Source: Chiloscyllium plagiosum (Eukaryota). Taken from it: 64,000 nucleotides of DNA. The position numbers and the translations under genes are program-made. Below are positions 25,827 to 37,699 of this stretch, in pieces; position 1 is the first letter of the stretch; each line of letters opens with the position of its first letter. Location: positions 15,503,690 through 15,567,689 of the forward strand of contig NC_057749.1 in NCBI RefSeq assembly GCF_004010195.1, written 5' to 3'. Under the pieces are notes generated by a model, which searched no databases, was not told the DNA's origin, and was given only the letters and a program-made list of their open reading frames with translations.

Positions 25827-27943
25827 GGGCTTGCTCAGATCTGTCTCGTCCCTTCTTAAGCCTATCCATACCTCATTTCAATTTTTAAACAAAATCTATT
25901 TGGGAAACAAGGAAAAGTAAGAAAGAATAGATTGAAGTGCATCAAGAGGCTGCAGTGAAGATCATAGTGTTTGGATGAAGTCAAGGTGGGGGTGCCTGTG
26001 GTTGGGGAAGGGGTTAGGTATTGGAGTGGGGCATGGGTGGGGGCAAGGTGCCTACTCACAATGGCTCAACCATCGTGTGTCAATGGATTGGCTGGTCCTT
26101 TCCTGCCCGTCTTGTTTGTAAATTGTCACAAAACTGCAAAGAGTGCATGTGTTGCTGAAGTTTTTCTATCAGGACAAAGGCAAGAATGCCAAACTTCAAT
26201 CATCACAATATTTTATACGAGAAAGGAATGCTGATCGGTTGCAACAGCAACTCTCAGTGGCTGTGCATTGCTGTGGAGAAAGTAAAGGAAGACTGTAGGC
26301 TCCCCAAACTCCTGATTAATTCAAAAATAGACATGAGGCTTGAACATGTTCCTTTTGTTTGCAGAGAAAGGGCCCTTATGTGTGAACATGTGTCACTTCT
26401 CAAAAGCATAAATAACCAATGTTCGGAATTCAACTGATTATTTTAAATTGGACCTTAGTGTCTCTATTAGTACTGTCAGGATTATACAGCACTGTGCTAC
26501 CCTAACATGGGAATGATATATGATATATTCAGCTGGTCGAGATTGCTCCTCCATGGGATATGATCATTCTGACCTTGGGTACAACCTCCACTTTCTCACT
26601 TACTTTCCCATATCCCTCTATTCCTGAGAGATCAAATAAAAAGTTGATCCCAGCCTGAAGTATATTCAACAATGGAGCATCCACAAGTCTCAGGGATGGA
26701 GAATTCGCAAAATCCACAATCCCATGAGTGAAAAAATGTCTCCTCATCTCAGTTCCAAATGCTCAGCCCGTCAGCCTGAGCTTGTGTTTTTGATTCCCTG
26801 ACCAGGAGAATCAATCTGTCAGCATCTACCTCTGCAGAATCTTGCGCATTTTATTGAGGTCACCTCCCACGGTCCTAAAGCCCAGACAGTATAGACCCAA
26901 TTTACTCAGCCTCGCATTGACAGGACAACAGTAGTCATGTTGTTTTGGGTTTGTTAAGCACAGGCTGTTTACTTTGACAATGCATTTTCTTTTTAAGCAA
27001 TAATCCAGTTCTTTTCTATCAAGCTATTGTCACTTATTCTGCATCTTTCTAGACTCCTCTAGTCTTGCTCCACCCTTTCCCAAAGGCCCTAGGATTGGAG
27101 GACATCACTCTCCAGTTGGTGACCATTGTTCACATATCAGGCTCTGTCCAGTGCACACGGCCACATAACTCCTTGACTGTCGGTACACGATCTAACTGAG
27201 AGAGGCATCACTACTGAGGGTAAACCTGCCCCAACCTGGTTTGTTACAGGTAAGGGGTAAATGTCTGCTGTGGATCAATTGGTAGCAGTCTTGACTCTGA
27301 CTCAAGAGTATGGGGTCAAGTCTCATTCTAGAGATTTGAGAACACAGGTCTGGAGATAGATGGGGTCTCTGGCCTAGCCAAGATGATGCTGATGGTCTGA
27401 TTCCTGAAATCCTTGCCTCTAAATCCACCATCCAACATTTTTGGAAGGAGGTGGGTGGGCTGAACCTTGTACATCAGGGGTTTGCTGAGGCAGCTACCTT
27501 CCAACAGAGCGATGTTCATCAGTGGGCTGTACAAAACATGATCTGTGGACTTACAGAGTTTTTCAGCAGAAGGTCTGAGGTTGCCGGAGAGCGTGGGTGC
27601 TCTTTTGGTGAGGTAAGGGACCTTTTAGGATAAGAAACCCCTTTTGGAAGGGGCAAAGTGCCCTGCTGTGTTTCTTGCATTATGATGGCGACTACGTTTC
27701 ATGGGCTGTAGATACTTTGGGTAATTCTAAGCTTGTGAAAGTTACTATATAAATTCAACAAGATGATGAACATGAGATGAATGGAACAGATCAAGAATAG
27801 ATATGAAGACATTTAAGATAGAAAGTGGGGGATAATCACATTATTAGTCAAAGTGTGGGCAGCATCCATCCTAGTCTGGATGGATTGCATCCAGTCATAT
27901 TGCAAGATGCTGGGTCAGGGATATATATTTATACATATTTTGT

Positions 27944-29470
27944 TAGAGTCATAGAGTTGTACAGCACGGAAACAGACCCTTTAATCCAACTCGTCCATGC
28001 TGACCAGATATCCTAAATTAATCTTGTGCCATTTGCCAGCATTTGACCCTTACCCCTCTAAACCGTCCCTATTCATATAACCCATCCAGATGACTTTTAA
28101 ATGTTGTAATTGTACCAGCCTCCACCACTTCTTCTGGCAGCTCATTCTATACATGCACCACCCTCTGCATGTCCTGTTTAAATCTTTCCCCTCTCACCCT
28201 AAACCTATGCCCTCTAGTTCTGGACTCCCTCACCCCAGGGAAAAGTCTTTGTCTATTTACTCTACCCAAGCCCCTCATGATTTTATAAACCTCTATAGGG
28301 TCACCCCTCAGCCTCCAATGCTCCAGGGAAAACAGCCCCAGTCTATTCAGCCTCTTCCTATAGCTCAAACCCTCCAACCCTGACAACATCCTTGTAAATC
28401 GTTTCTGAACCCTTTCAAGTTTCACAATATCTTTCCTATAGCAGGGAGACAAGAATTGACTGCTGTATTCCATAAGTGGCCTAACCAACATCCTATACAG
28501 CACAACATGACTTCCCAACTCCTATACTCAATGCACTGATCAGTTAAGGCAAGTGTACCAAACGCCTTCTTCACTATCCTATCTACTTGTGACTCTACCT
28601 TCAAGGAACTATGAACCTGCACGCCAAGGAATGCACTGATCAGTTAAGGCAAGTGTACCAAAGCCTTCTTCACTATCCTATCTACTTGTGACTCTACCTT
28701 CAAGGAACTATGAACCTGCACGCCAAGGTGCCTTTGTTCAGCATCACTCCTCACTACACTACCATTAAGTGTATAAGTCCTGTCCCAATTTGCCTTACCA
28801 AAATGCAGAACCTCGCATTTATCTAAATTAAACTCCATCTGCCACTCTTCGACCCATTGGCCCATCTGATCAAGGTCCCATTGTACTCTGAGGTAACCTT
28901 CTTCACTGTCCACTACACCTCCAATTTTGGTGTCAATTGCAAACTGACTAATCATTCCTCTTATATTTACATCCAAATCATTTATCTAAATGACAAAAAG
29001 CAGTTGTCCCAGCACCAATCCTTGTGGAATACTGCTGGTCACAGGCCTCCAGTCTGATAAACAACCCTCTACCACCACCCTCTGTCTCGTATTTTCAAGC
29101 CAATTTTATATCCAAATGATTAGCTCTCGTTGAAATCCATGTGATCTAACCTTGCCAACCAGTCTATCATGCAGAATGTTATCAAAAGACTTGCTAAAAT
29201 CCGTATGGACAACATCCACCACTCTACCTTCATCAATCTTCTCCATCATTTCTTCATAAAACTCAATAAAATTTGCGAGACATGATTTCCCATGCACAAA
29301 GTCATGTTGACTATCCCTAATCAGACCTTGCTTTTCCAAATAAATGTAAATCCTGTCCCTCATGATTCCCTCCAAAAACTTACGCACCACTGAGCTAAGG
29401 CTCACTAGTCTATAGTTCCCTGGCTTTTTCTTACTTAAATATTGGCACCATATTAGCCATGATCTACCTG
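27944..29470 (-). mobile_element. CR1 LINE RT and 3' end with an internal 100-bp tandem duplication
   Basis: PGNYRLVSLSS, SQHDFVHGKSC, DFSKSFD, QMEFNLDKCEVLHFG, LVRPLMEY. Confidence 0.92.
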
Positions 29471-30639
29471 TGCTATCAGTGATACAAATTATATATACAC
29501 ACAATGTTAGAAAATGGAATGTTGTCGAGGAATGGTGGACTGTAAGTGCAGGGAATTATACAGCAATAGGCTTCATGTTACAGGTAAAAAAGTGAATGCA
29601 ACCCTGACTCATTCATTCACAGGGTATTCGGCTTCATTTGTCAGGTCAGTATTTATTGCCCATCCCTAATGCCCCTGGAGAAGGTGGTGGTGAACCACAG
29701 ACATTCTTATGGTATCAGAGATCTCCACTGTGCTTTTTGAGAGGGAGTTCCAGGTTTCAGCTCAGAATAGACAATGGAAAATGCTGTTGGTGTAAATCTC
29801 CCCAATGGTTTAGTGGAAACCGACTGTGCTGGGGTAGTGCCGGTCAGGGATGTGCTTTGGCCTCAACCCCCACATAGCAGTGGGGGAGCGGGAGATCATA
29901 TTTAGCCCCAGCACCAATGGGGTAGAAAGAAGATAAAACAATACCCACTTCAAATGTTAAGAATTGGGCCAAACTGTGAAGACTTCAAGGAGCGAATAGC
30001 CACTCTTACTCACAATTGAAGGCTGACTGCTCAGCTGATGTACCAGAGGGTTACCTTTGTCAAAGAATCATAGATCCGTGATTGAGAAGGACAGTGGGCA
30101 AATGGGCAGTGGGGATATGTGAGAGACTTTATAGACTGTTTCTGTTGTACTTTGGCATAAGTAGTGACAAATGAAATATTCTTATTCAGTTTTAGTTTTG
30201 GATTCGTCAGAAGCCCAGAAAACGACGATGAAATTATTCTTAATTTCAATTAAAACTTCATCAAAGTCAATGGAACCCTTTCCTGTGCATATTTGTCCTC
30301 CAAATTCTCAAAGGCGTTCTTTCTGACGCACATTGCGCCCACACCGTCGCCCACAGACCTGCAGGGTGGGTTATTTCAGACCTCAGCCCCGGGTTTCCAG
30401 AGAATAGCTGTGTCTGTCAGAGCTGTCAGCAATTCTGTTCGCTCGCTCTGTCTGAAGCCAGCCCAGTGCTCAGTGTTACAGCCACGGCATTAGCTTTTTT
30501 TTGTGCCTCTTGCTGCAGGGTAATGTTTGATTCATGCAAATATGCAACTAAAAGAGGCTGTGAAGAATAAAGGACTGAAAATCCAGGACTCTTTTGATGA
30601 AGGCTAATTATTTCACAGTGGGACGGGAGTTAATTTGCA

Positions 30640-30945
30640 ACACCTTCTAAATCCACAATCTGGAGGGACAATGGCAGCAGATACATGGGAACACCACCCT
30701 CTTTGCAAATTCCTCTCTGAACCACACACCATCCTGACTTGGAAATATATCAGCATTCTTTCAGTGTTGCTGGGTCAAAATTCTTGGAACTCGCTCCCTG
30801 ACAGCATTGAGGGTCTAATCACAGCATAGGGACAGCAGCAGTTCAAAAAGGCTGCTCCCCACCAGCTTCTCAAGGGTAAGCAGAGACAGATGGTAACTGC
30901 TGGCCCAGTCAGCCATCCCCACATCACCAGAATAGATTGAATGAA
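30640..30945 (+). mobile_element. Old LINE family 3' UTR fragment
   Basis: ggcagcagatacatgggaacaccacc...ctgacttggaaatatatc...gctgggtcaaaa. Confidence 0.7.
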
Positions 30946-32004
30946 AAGTCTTGCACTGTTCAGGAGCTTTCAGGCCCTGTCATGTTCAAGCATGATGTTG
31001 CTTAAGAGTTATTTCTGTTAACATGTGCTACTTTAATATGGAAATCAATGATATAAAATTACAAAGCAAGTCCAATGCAGTCCATAGACATGGGTAAGAG
31101 ATATCCAGTTGACAGGGTGGCATTGTTTGAGCCCAAGGACTTTGTCAGACATGGTCTCACTGTGTCAGCCAAGGCGCATTGGGTGAGTCGGTCCTCTGAA
31201 CCAGAAGGTTGGAGGTTAAAGTAGCACAGCAAAATGAAAACACTATTGGAAAAATGTTGTTAAACTTGAAAGGATTCAGAAAAGATTGACAGGGATGTTG
31301 CCAGGGTTGGAAGGTTGGAGCTAAAGGGAGGGGCTGAATAGACTGGGTTTGTTTTCGGTGTGGGCATGTTGGGCCGAAGGGCCTGTTTCCACACTGTAGG
31401 GATTCTAATTCTAATTAGAACATAGAACATAGAACATAGAAGAATACAGCGCAGTACAGGCCCTTGGGCCCTCGATGTTGCGCCGAACCAAGCCCTAATT
31501 GTTCTCTCTCCCTATTCCTCGAATCTCTATCACGTGGCATCTTCATGAGTAGAAGATGCAGGGGAGAGCATCATATCTCCAATGACAAAGAGAAGGATGC
31601 AGGATCAAAACTTCAGTGTTTCAGATCACTTTTAAGGTCATTGACCTAATCTTAACTCTGCCTTTCTCTCTCTCCATAGAGGCTGCCAGCTATGTCCTGA
31701 ACATTTCTGACAGTTTATTCTTTCCAGCACCCCACTATTTTACAAGTTTGTTAGTTTTTTAGTTCTTGGGTGTCACTGGTTGGGCAAACATTTATCGCCC
31801 AAAATCTAATTTTAGGTGTGTTTCTTACTAGGGTCATTTCAGGAGCAAGAGTTGAAACCAGACTTGAAAGATTAACACTATTTCTCTCTCCCCACATGGA
31901 GCCAAACCCAATGCACTTTCTGTTACAAGGTTTCTCCAGCAATTTCCATTTTTATTCCAAAATTCCAGCATCTGCAGTAACTTATTTTTGTTAGAGACAT
32001 GGGG

Positions 32005-32318
32005 GGGCATGGTGGCTCAGTGGTTAGCACTGCTGCCTCACAGCACCAGGGTCCCAGGTTCAATTCCAGCCTCAGGCGACTGTCTGTATGGAGTTTGCAC
32101 ATTCTCCCTGTGTCTGCGTGGGTTTCCTCTGGGTGCTCCGGTTTCCTCCCACAGTCCAAAGATGTGCAGGTCAGGTGAATTGGCCATGCTAAATTGCTAA
32201 TAGTGTTAGGTGCATTAGTCAGAGGGAAATGGGTCTGGGTGGGTTACTCTTGGGAGGGTCAGTGTGGACTGGTTGGGCCGAAGGGCCTGTTTCCGCACTG
32301 TAGGGAATCTAATCTAAA
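32005..32318 (+). mobile_element. HE1-type SINE, full length
   Basis: tRNA head, V-domain, tail gggccgaagggcctgtttccgcactgtaggg-(aatct)n. Confidence 0.92.
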
Positions 32319-32509
32319 CAACCCCATTGCTGGTGGGTCTGGAGTCACAGGTAGGCCAGACCAGGTAAAGATGGAACCTTTTCCCTCCTTAAAGGTGTTT
32401 TTATGACAACTGGATAGTGGTTACATGGTCACACGCAGTTTGCTTATCATTCTAGATTTTCATTAAATTGAAATGTCACCATCTGCTATTGCAGGATTCA
32501 AACCTAAGT

Positions 32510-34096
32510 AGAGTCATATAGTCATAGAGATGTACAGCATGGAAACAGACCCTTCGGTCCAACCTGTCCATGCCGACCAGATATGCCAACCCAATCTAGT
32601 CCCACCTGCCAGCACCCGGCCCGTATCCCTCCAAACCCTTCCTATTCATATACCCATCCAAATGCCTCTTAAATGTTGCAATTGTACCAGCCTCCATCAC
32701 TTCCTCTGGCAGCTCATTCCATACACATACCACCCTCTGTGTGAAAAAGCTGCCCCGTAAGTGTCNNNNNNNNNNNNNNNNNNNNNNNNNNNNNNNNNNN
32801 NNNNNNNNNNNNNNNNNNNNNNNNNNNNNNNNNNNNNNNNNNNNNNNNNNNNNNNNNNNNNNNNNNNNNNNNNNNNNNNNNNNNNNNNNNNNNNNNNNNN
32901 NNNNNNNNNNNNNNNNNNNNNNNNNNNNNNNNNNNNNNNNNNNNNNNNNNNNNNNNNNNNNNNNNNNNNNNNNNNNNNNNNNNNNNNNNNNNNNNNNNNN
33001 NNNNNNNNNNNNNNNNNNNNNNNNNNNNNNNNNNNNNNNNNNNNNNNNNNNNNNNNNNNNNNNNNNNNNNNNNNNNNNNNNNNNNNNNNNNNNNNNNNNN
33101 NNNNNNNNNNNNNNNNNNNNNNNNNNNNNNNNNNNNNNNNNNNNNNNNNNNNNNNNNNNNNNNNNNNNNNNNNNNNNNNNNNNNNNNNNNNNNNNNNNNN
33201 NNNNNNNNNNNNNNNNNNNNNNNNNNNNNNNNNNNNNNNNNNNNNNNNNNNNNNNNNNNNNNNNNNNNNNNNNNNNNNNNNNNNNNNNNNNNNNNNNNNN
33301 NNNNNNNNNNNNNNNNNNNNNNNNNNNNNNNNNNNNNNNNNNNNNNNNNNNNNNNNNNNNNNNNNNNNNNNNNNNNNNNNNNNNNNNNNNNNNNNNNNNN
33401 NNNNNNNNNNNNNNNNNNNNNNNNNNNNNNNNNNNNNNNNNNNNNNNNNNNNNNNNNNNNNNNNNNNNNNNNNNNNNNNNNNNNNNNNNNNNNNNNNNNN
33501 NNNNNNNNNNNNNNNNNNNNNNNNNNNNNNNNNNNNNNNNNNNNNNNNNNNNNNNNNNNNNNNNNNNNNNNNNNNNNNNNNNNNNNNNNNNNNNNNNNNN
33601 NNNNNNNNNNNNNNNNNNNNNNNNNNNNNNNNNNNNNNNNNNNNNNNNNNNNNNNNNNNNNNNNNNNNNNNNNNNNNNNNNNNNNNNNNNNTCTGGTCCA
33701 GATCCTGTTGTAATCTGAGGTAACCCTCTTCGCTGTCCACTACACCTCCAATTTTGGTGTAATCTGCAAACTTACTAACTGTACCTCTTATGCTCGCATC
33801 CAAATCATTTATGTAAATGACAAAAAGTAGAGGCCCCAGCACTGATCCTTGTGGCATTCCATTGGTCACAGGCCTCCAGTCTGAAAAACAACCCTCCACC
33901 ACCACCCTCTGTCTTCTACCTTTGTGTTAGTTTTGTATCCAAGTGGCTAGTTCTCCCTGTATTCCATGAGAGCTAACCTTGCTAATCAGTCTCCCATGGA
34001 GAACCTCATTGAACACCTTACTGAAGTCCATATAGATCACATCTACAGCTCTGCCCTCATCAATCCTCTTTATTACTTCCTCAAAAAACTCAATCA
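32510..34096 (-). mobile_element. CR1 LINE RT and 3' end spanning an assembly gap
   Basis: VDVIYMDFSKVF, GMPQGSVLGPLLFVIYINDLD, KFADYTK; 3' UTR at 32510-32765. Confidence 0.9.
32766..33691. other. Assembly gap (926 N)
   Basis: Run of n. Confidence 1.
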
Positions 34097-34189
34097 TATC
34101 CCAGAACATTAGGCTGGTACTATGGATTGCTAATACAATGACAGTAGCACAACACCACTGTCTTCTCTAGTTTAGCATAAAATTGAAAA

Positions 34190-34473
34190 GTAGATTAGTT
34201 TACCTACAGTGTGGAGACAGGCCCTTAGTCCCAACCGAATCTCTGAAGAGTAACCCACCCAGACCCATTTTCCTCTGACTAATGCACCTAACACTACGGG
34301 CAATTTAGCATGACCAATTCACCTGACCTGCACATCTTTGGACTGTGGGAGCAAACCCACGCAGACACGGGGAGATTGTGCAAACTCCATACAGACAGTC
34401 AGCTGAGGCTAGAATTGAACCTGGGACCCTGGTGCTGTGAGACAGCAGTGCTAACCACTGAGCCACCATGCCA
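34190..34473 (-). mobile_element. HE1-type SINE
   Basis: Reverse complement: gcagtgctaaccactgagccaccatgcc, gtgcaaactcca. Confidence 0.9.
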
Positions 34474-34588
34474 TCCTTGTAGAACAGAAAATGATGGAAA
34501 TGCTCAGCAGGTCAGGCAGCATCTGGGGAAAGAGAAACTGAATTCATATTTAAGTCAATTATCTTTCATCAGATCCAGTGTTATCCTC

Positions 34589-34795
34589 TGTTGGAACGAG
34601 ATTGGCCAGGTGGATCTTGTTGAGTATGAGATCCCTAATTGGGACTATTTACCAGGGCCAATCAGGGAGCCCTGGCTAACATAAACAGGAGTCTCAGAGA
34701 GTCTTCTCACTCTAGAAGCTGGCTCAGAGGCAGCTGGTCAGAGTCCATGCACTGTGCTTTGGTAACAGGATACCAGCCTCTGTGCAGTTATTTCA
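34589..34795 (+). mobile_element. Solo LTR of the Gypsy family
   Basis: TG...ttatttCA with ccaatcagggagccctggct core; 5-bp TSD tcctc at 34584-34588 and 34796-34800. Confidence 0.85.
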
Positions 34796-35321
34796 TCCTC
34801 CCAGTTCGGAAAGTTCAGTTTCCAATGTTAGTCACTGTAGGTGAAGCTTGACAACAGCCTCAAAGCCTGATTAAAAGTCTCAACTTTGTAGCAAGCACAA
34901 ATAGATTGTGCAGAAATCCACAAAGAGCTCAGATGAATATAAATGCTTGACACTTGCAGTATGTTATTAAAGAAATGTTTCAGCAATACATGAGTAGAAA
35001 CAGATCACACCTTAATATAACAGGATTTATCAATGAGAAAAAAGCCTGCATGCTAAAGAACTCTCTGAAAGCCTCTACTAGATGAGACGGCGTTCACAAT
35101 GTTGAGCTCATTAAAATCACAGTTTGATGTATTCACTTCATTTCTTTAAAAGTTTATCATCTGTGTCAAAGTTTCAACAAGTTACATGTTGCTTCTCACA
35201 GACCGTGTCGCAGTTTGGGGCACTCCCATGTGCTTTAATGCCATTCTGTCAGTATTCAAGTCCAATGTCCAAAACCATATCCATGATAAGGAACGGTACA
35301 TTTTTCTGTTTTGGACTGGGG

Positions 35322-35885
35322 AGGAGATGGCCTAGTTGTTTTTTTACTGGACTGTTAATCCAGAGACCCAGGTAACATTCTGGGGACCCCCATGTTCGAA
35401 TCCCACCATGGTTGGTGGTGAAATATGAATTTAATATAGACAAATTTGGAATTTATAGTCTAGTGATGACCATGAATCTGTTGTCGATTGTTGGAAAAAC
35501 CCACCTTGTTCACTAATGTCCTTAAGGGAAGGAAATTGCCATCCTTACCTGGCCTGGCCTATGTGTGACTCCAGACCCACAGCAATGTGGTTCACTCATA
35601 ACTAATCTCTAGGCAATTAGGGATGGGCAATGAATGCAGTCAAGAGTGTGGTGCTGGAAAAGCACAGCAGGTCAGGCATCCTCCAAGGAGCAGGAGAATC
35701 AATGTTACAGGCAAAAGCCCTTCATCAGGAATGATCTCCTGCTCTTTGGATGCTGCCTGACCTGTTGTGCTTTTCCAGCCCCACACTCTTGACTCTAATC
35801 TCCAACATCTGCAGTCGTCACTTTTGCCTGTGCCATCAATGCAGCCTAGCCAGAGACACCCGTATCCCATGAATGAATAAAACAA
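35322..35885 (+). mobile_element. tRNA-derived SINE with old-LINE tail, interrupted by a Penelope palindrome
   Basis: gttcgaatccc B-box; tail ggcaattagggatgggcaat...cctagccag...atcccatgaatgaataaaa. Confidence 0.78.
35640..35837. mobile_element. Penelope-derived palindromic insertion
   Basis: Inverted arms tcaagagtgtgg.gctggaaaagcac / gtgcttttccagc.ccacactcttga; 7-bp TSD aatgcag 35633-35639 / 35838-35844. Confidence 0.8.
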
Positions 35886-36336
35886 ATTATAAACTGAAGT
35901 GGAAGCCTGAAACTGCTCTGTGGCTGAGATACTAAGGAGCGTTGAAAAATCACATTTTTAGCTATGCTGTTGGAGCAGGGAGATTGATGCATTATTGAGT
36001 CAGAGCTGCACCAGAAATGTTTTGAGTTTAGCAAAGACTGCCTGATGATAGCCCTTGGATTGGTGCAGCTGTAGCTTGTTATTTGTAAATGTAGAGAAGC
36101 CAGAGACCTCCGGCTTATGTTTTATCTGCCTATAATGAACATGTGAAAAAGTCTGTCTTAATTGTGGATGACTATGAGTGAATTTGGGATATTTTAAAGG
36201 GGTTTAGTTTAAGTCACATATTAGTAGAGTAAAATTAACGGGTTATGAAAAACAGATTTATTTCCTGTTAATGATGAAACCTGTTGTGATTTGCTTTTGT
36301 ATGGAATAGCAGTCAATCAGGCAAATTAATCATCTT

Positions 36337-36497
36337 GGAGAAAGTGAGGACTGCAGATGCTGGAGATCAGAGTTGAAGAGTGTGGTGCTGGAAAAGCACA
36401 GCCCAATCCCTGATGAAGAGTTTATGCCCGAAATGTCGATCCTCTTTCTCCTCGGATGCTGCCTGACTGGCTGTGCTTTTCCAGCACCACACTCTTT
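36337..36497. mobile_element. Penelope-derived palindromic insertion
   Basis: aagagtgtggtgctggaaaagcacagcc / ggctgtgcttttccagcaccacactctt arms around a decayed CTGATGA...GAAA core. Confidence 0.78.
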
Positions 36498-37699
36498 GAA
36501 ATTGGTAATCTAACTGGGGTTTTAAATATTTTGTGACAACTTGTGGAACAGTGAGACATGGTTATCAGTATGCTCTTCCTGGCTAAGTCCTGAAACCATA
36601 AGTACAAGTCAGTCTCTAATTAATCCAATCGGCAATTCAGAAAAACGTCTATGGGTGGTGAGAATGTGGAGTTTACTCCCATAGGGAGTGGTTGAGAGAG
36701 TAACTTTGATGCGTTTAAGGAAAAAATATATGATAAACACCAGAAGGAGAAAGTCACAGAAGGATGGGTTTCTGGGTCAGATGAGGAGGGTTATAAAGGC
36801 TTATGTAGGACATAAACAGTCATCCAGTTGAGCTGAATGTTCTGTTTATCTGCTGTATGTTCTATGAAACTAGATTTTTGTGATGAGTGATGATTATGTT
36901 AGCGATAAAAGATTATGGATGATATAGTGTTTCTAACTTCAACAAAAAGCTAAAAAGTGTCAGCCTTCTCAGTGTTCATCAGAGGCTATTTGACTACAAG
37001 GTGCTTCACAGCTGAGGTGAATCTGTAAAATGCATTTTCTAAGTTTAAAACTATTTGTCCCGGCTTTTAATGGCATTCTGAACTATAGCAGACAGGAATT
37101 GTCACAAGTGAATACATTGAATTTCTAAGTGTGATAAAGCAATTACATTTTATATGAATATTATTAATGACTTTATCCATCAGGGAGTTGGCATTATTTT
37201 GTGTCACGATGATGCAAATCAGGTAATGATGAGTTGCTGCCACATTGACTTGGATTGAGCAAGCTAATCAGATTATAAACTCATCCTTCTACTACAATGC
37301 AACTATTCCTGTTCTCTTCCTGAAGAAAATGGGATGCTTCTGTCATTGGAGCTATACATACACTGCCACTGTTTTGAATGAGATGGACTATTTGACTATG
37401 AAGTGCATCACAGAGTTATCCAAGCAAGGGCTCACCTAGTGTCTATCCTTTCACACTTTCTAACAGTCACCAGCTGTGTCCACATTCTCACTCACTCAAG
37501 GCCTTCTCATTCCTGTATGGCTGCTTCGTGTACATTCATCTTACTCAGTACAGAGTAGGGATTGAGCCAGAACCTTGCAGGCCCTTCACATTGAACGGTG
37601 CATGTACCAAGGCTGTGGAGGCAAAGTCAGTCAGTCTACTTAAGACAGAGATAGGTAGTATCAAAGGGATCAAGGGTTATGGGGAGAAAGTGGGAGAAT

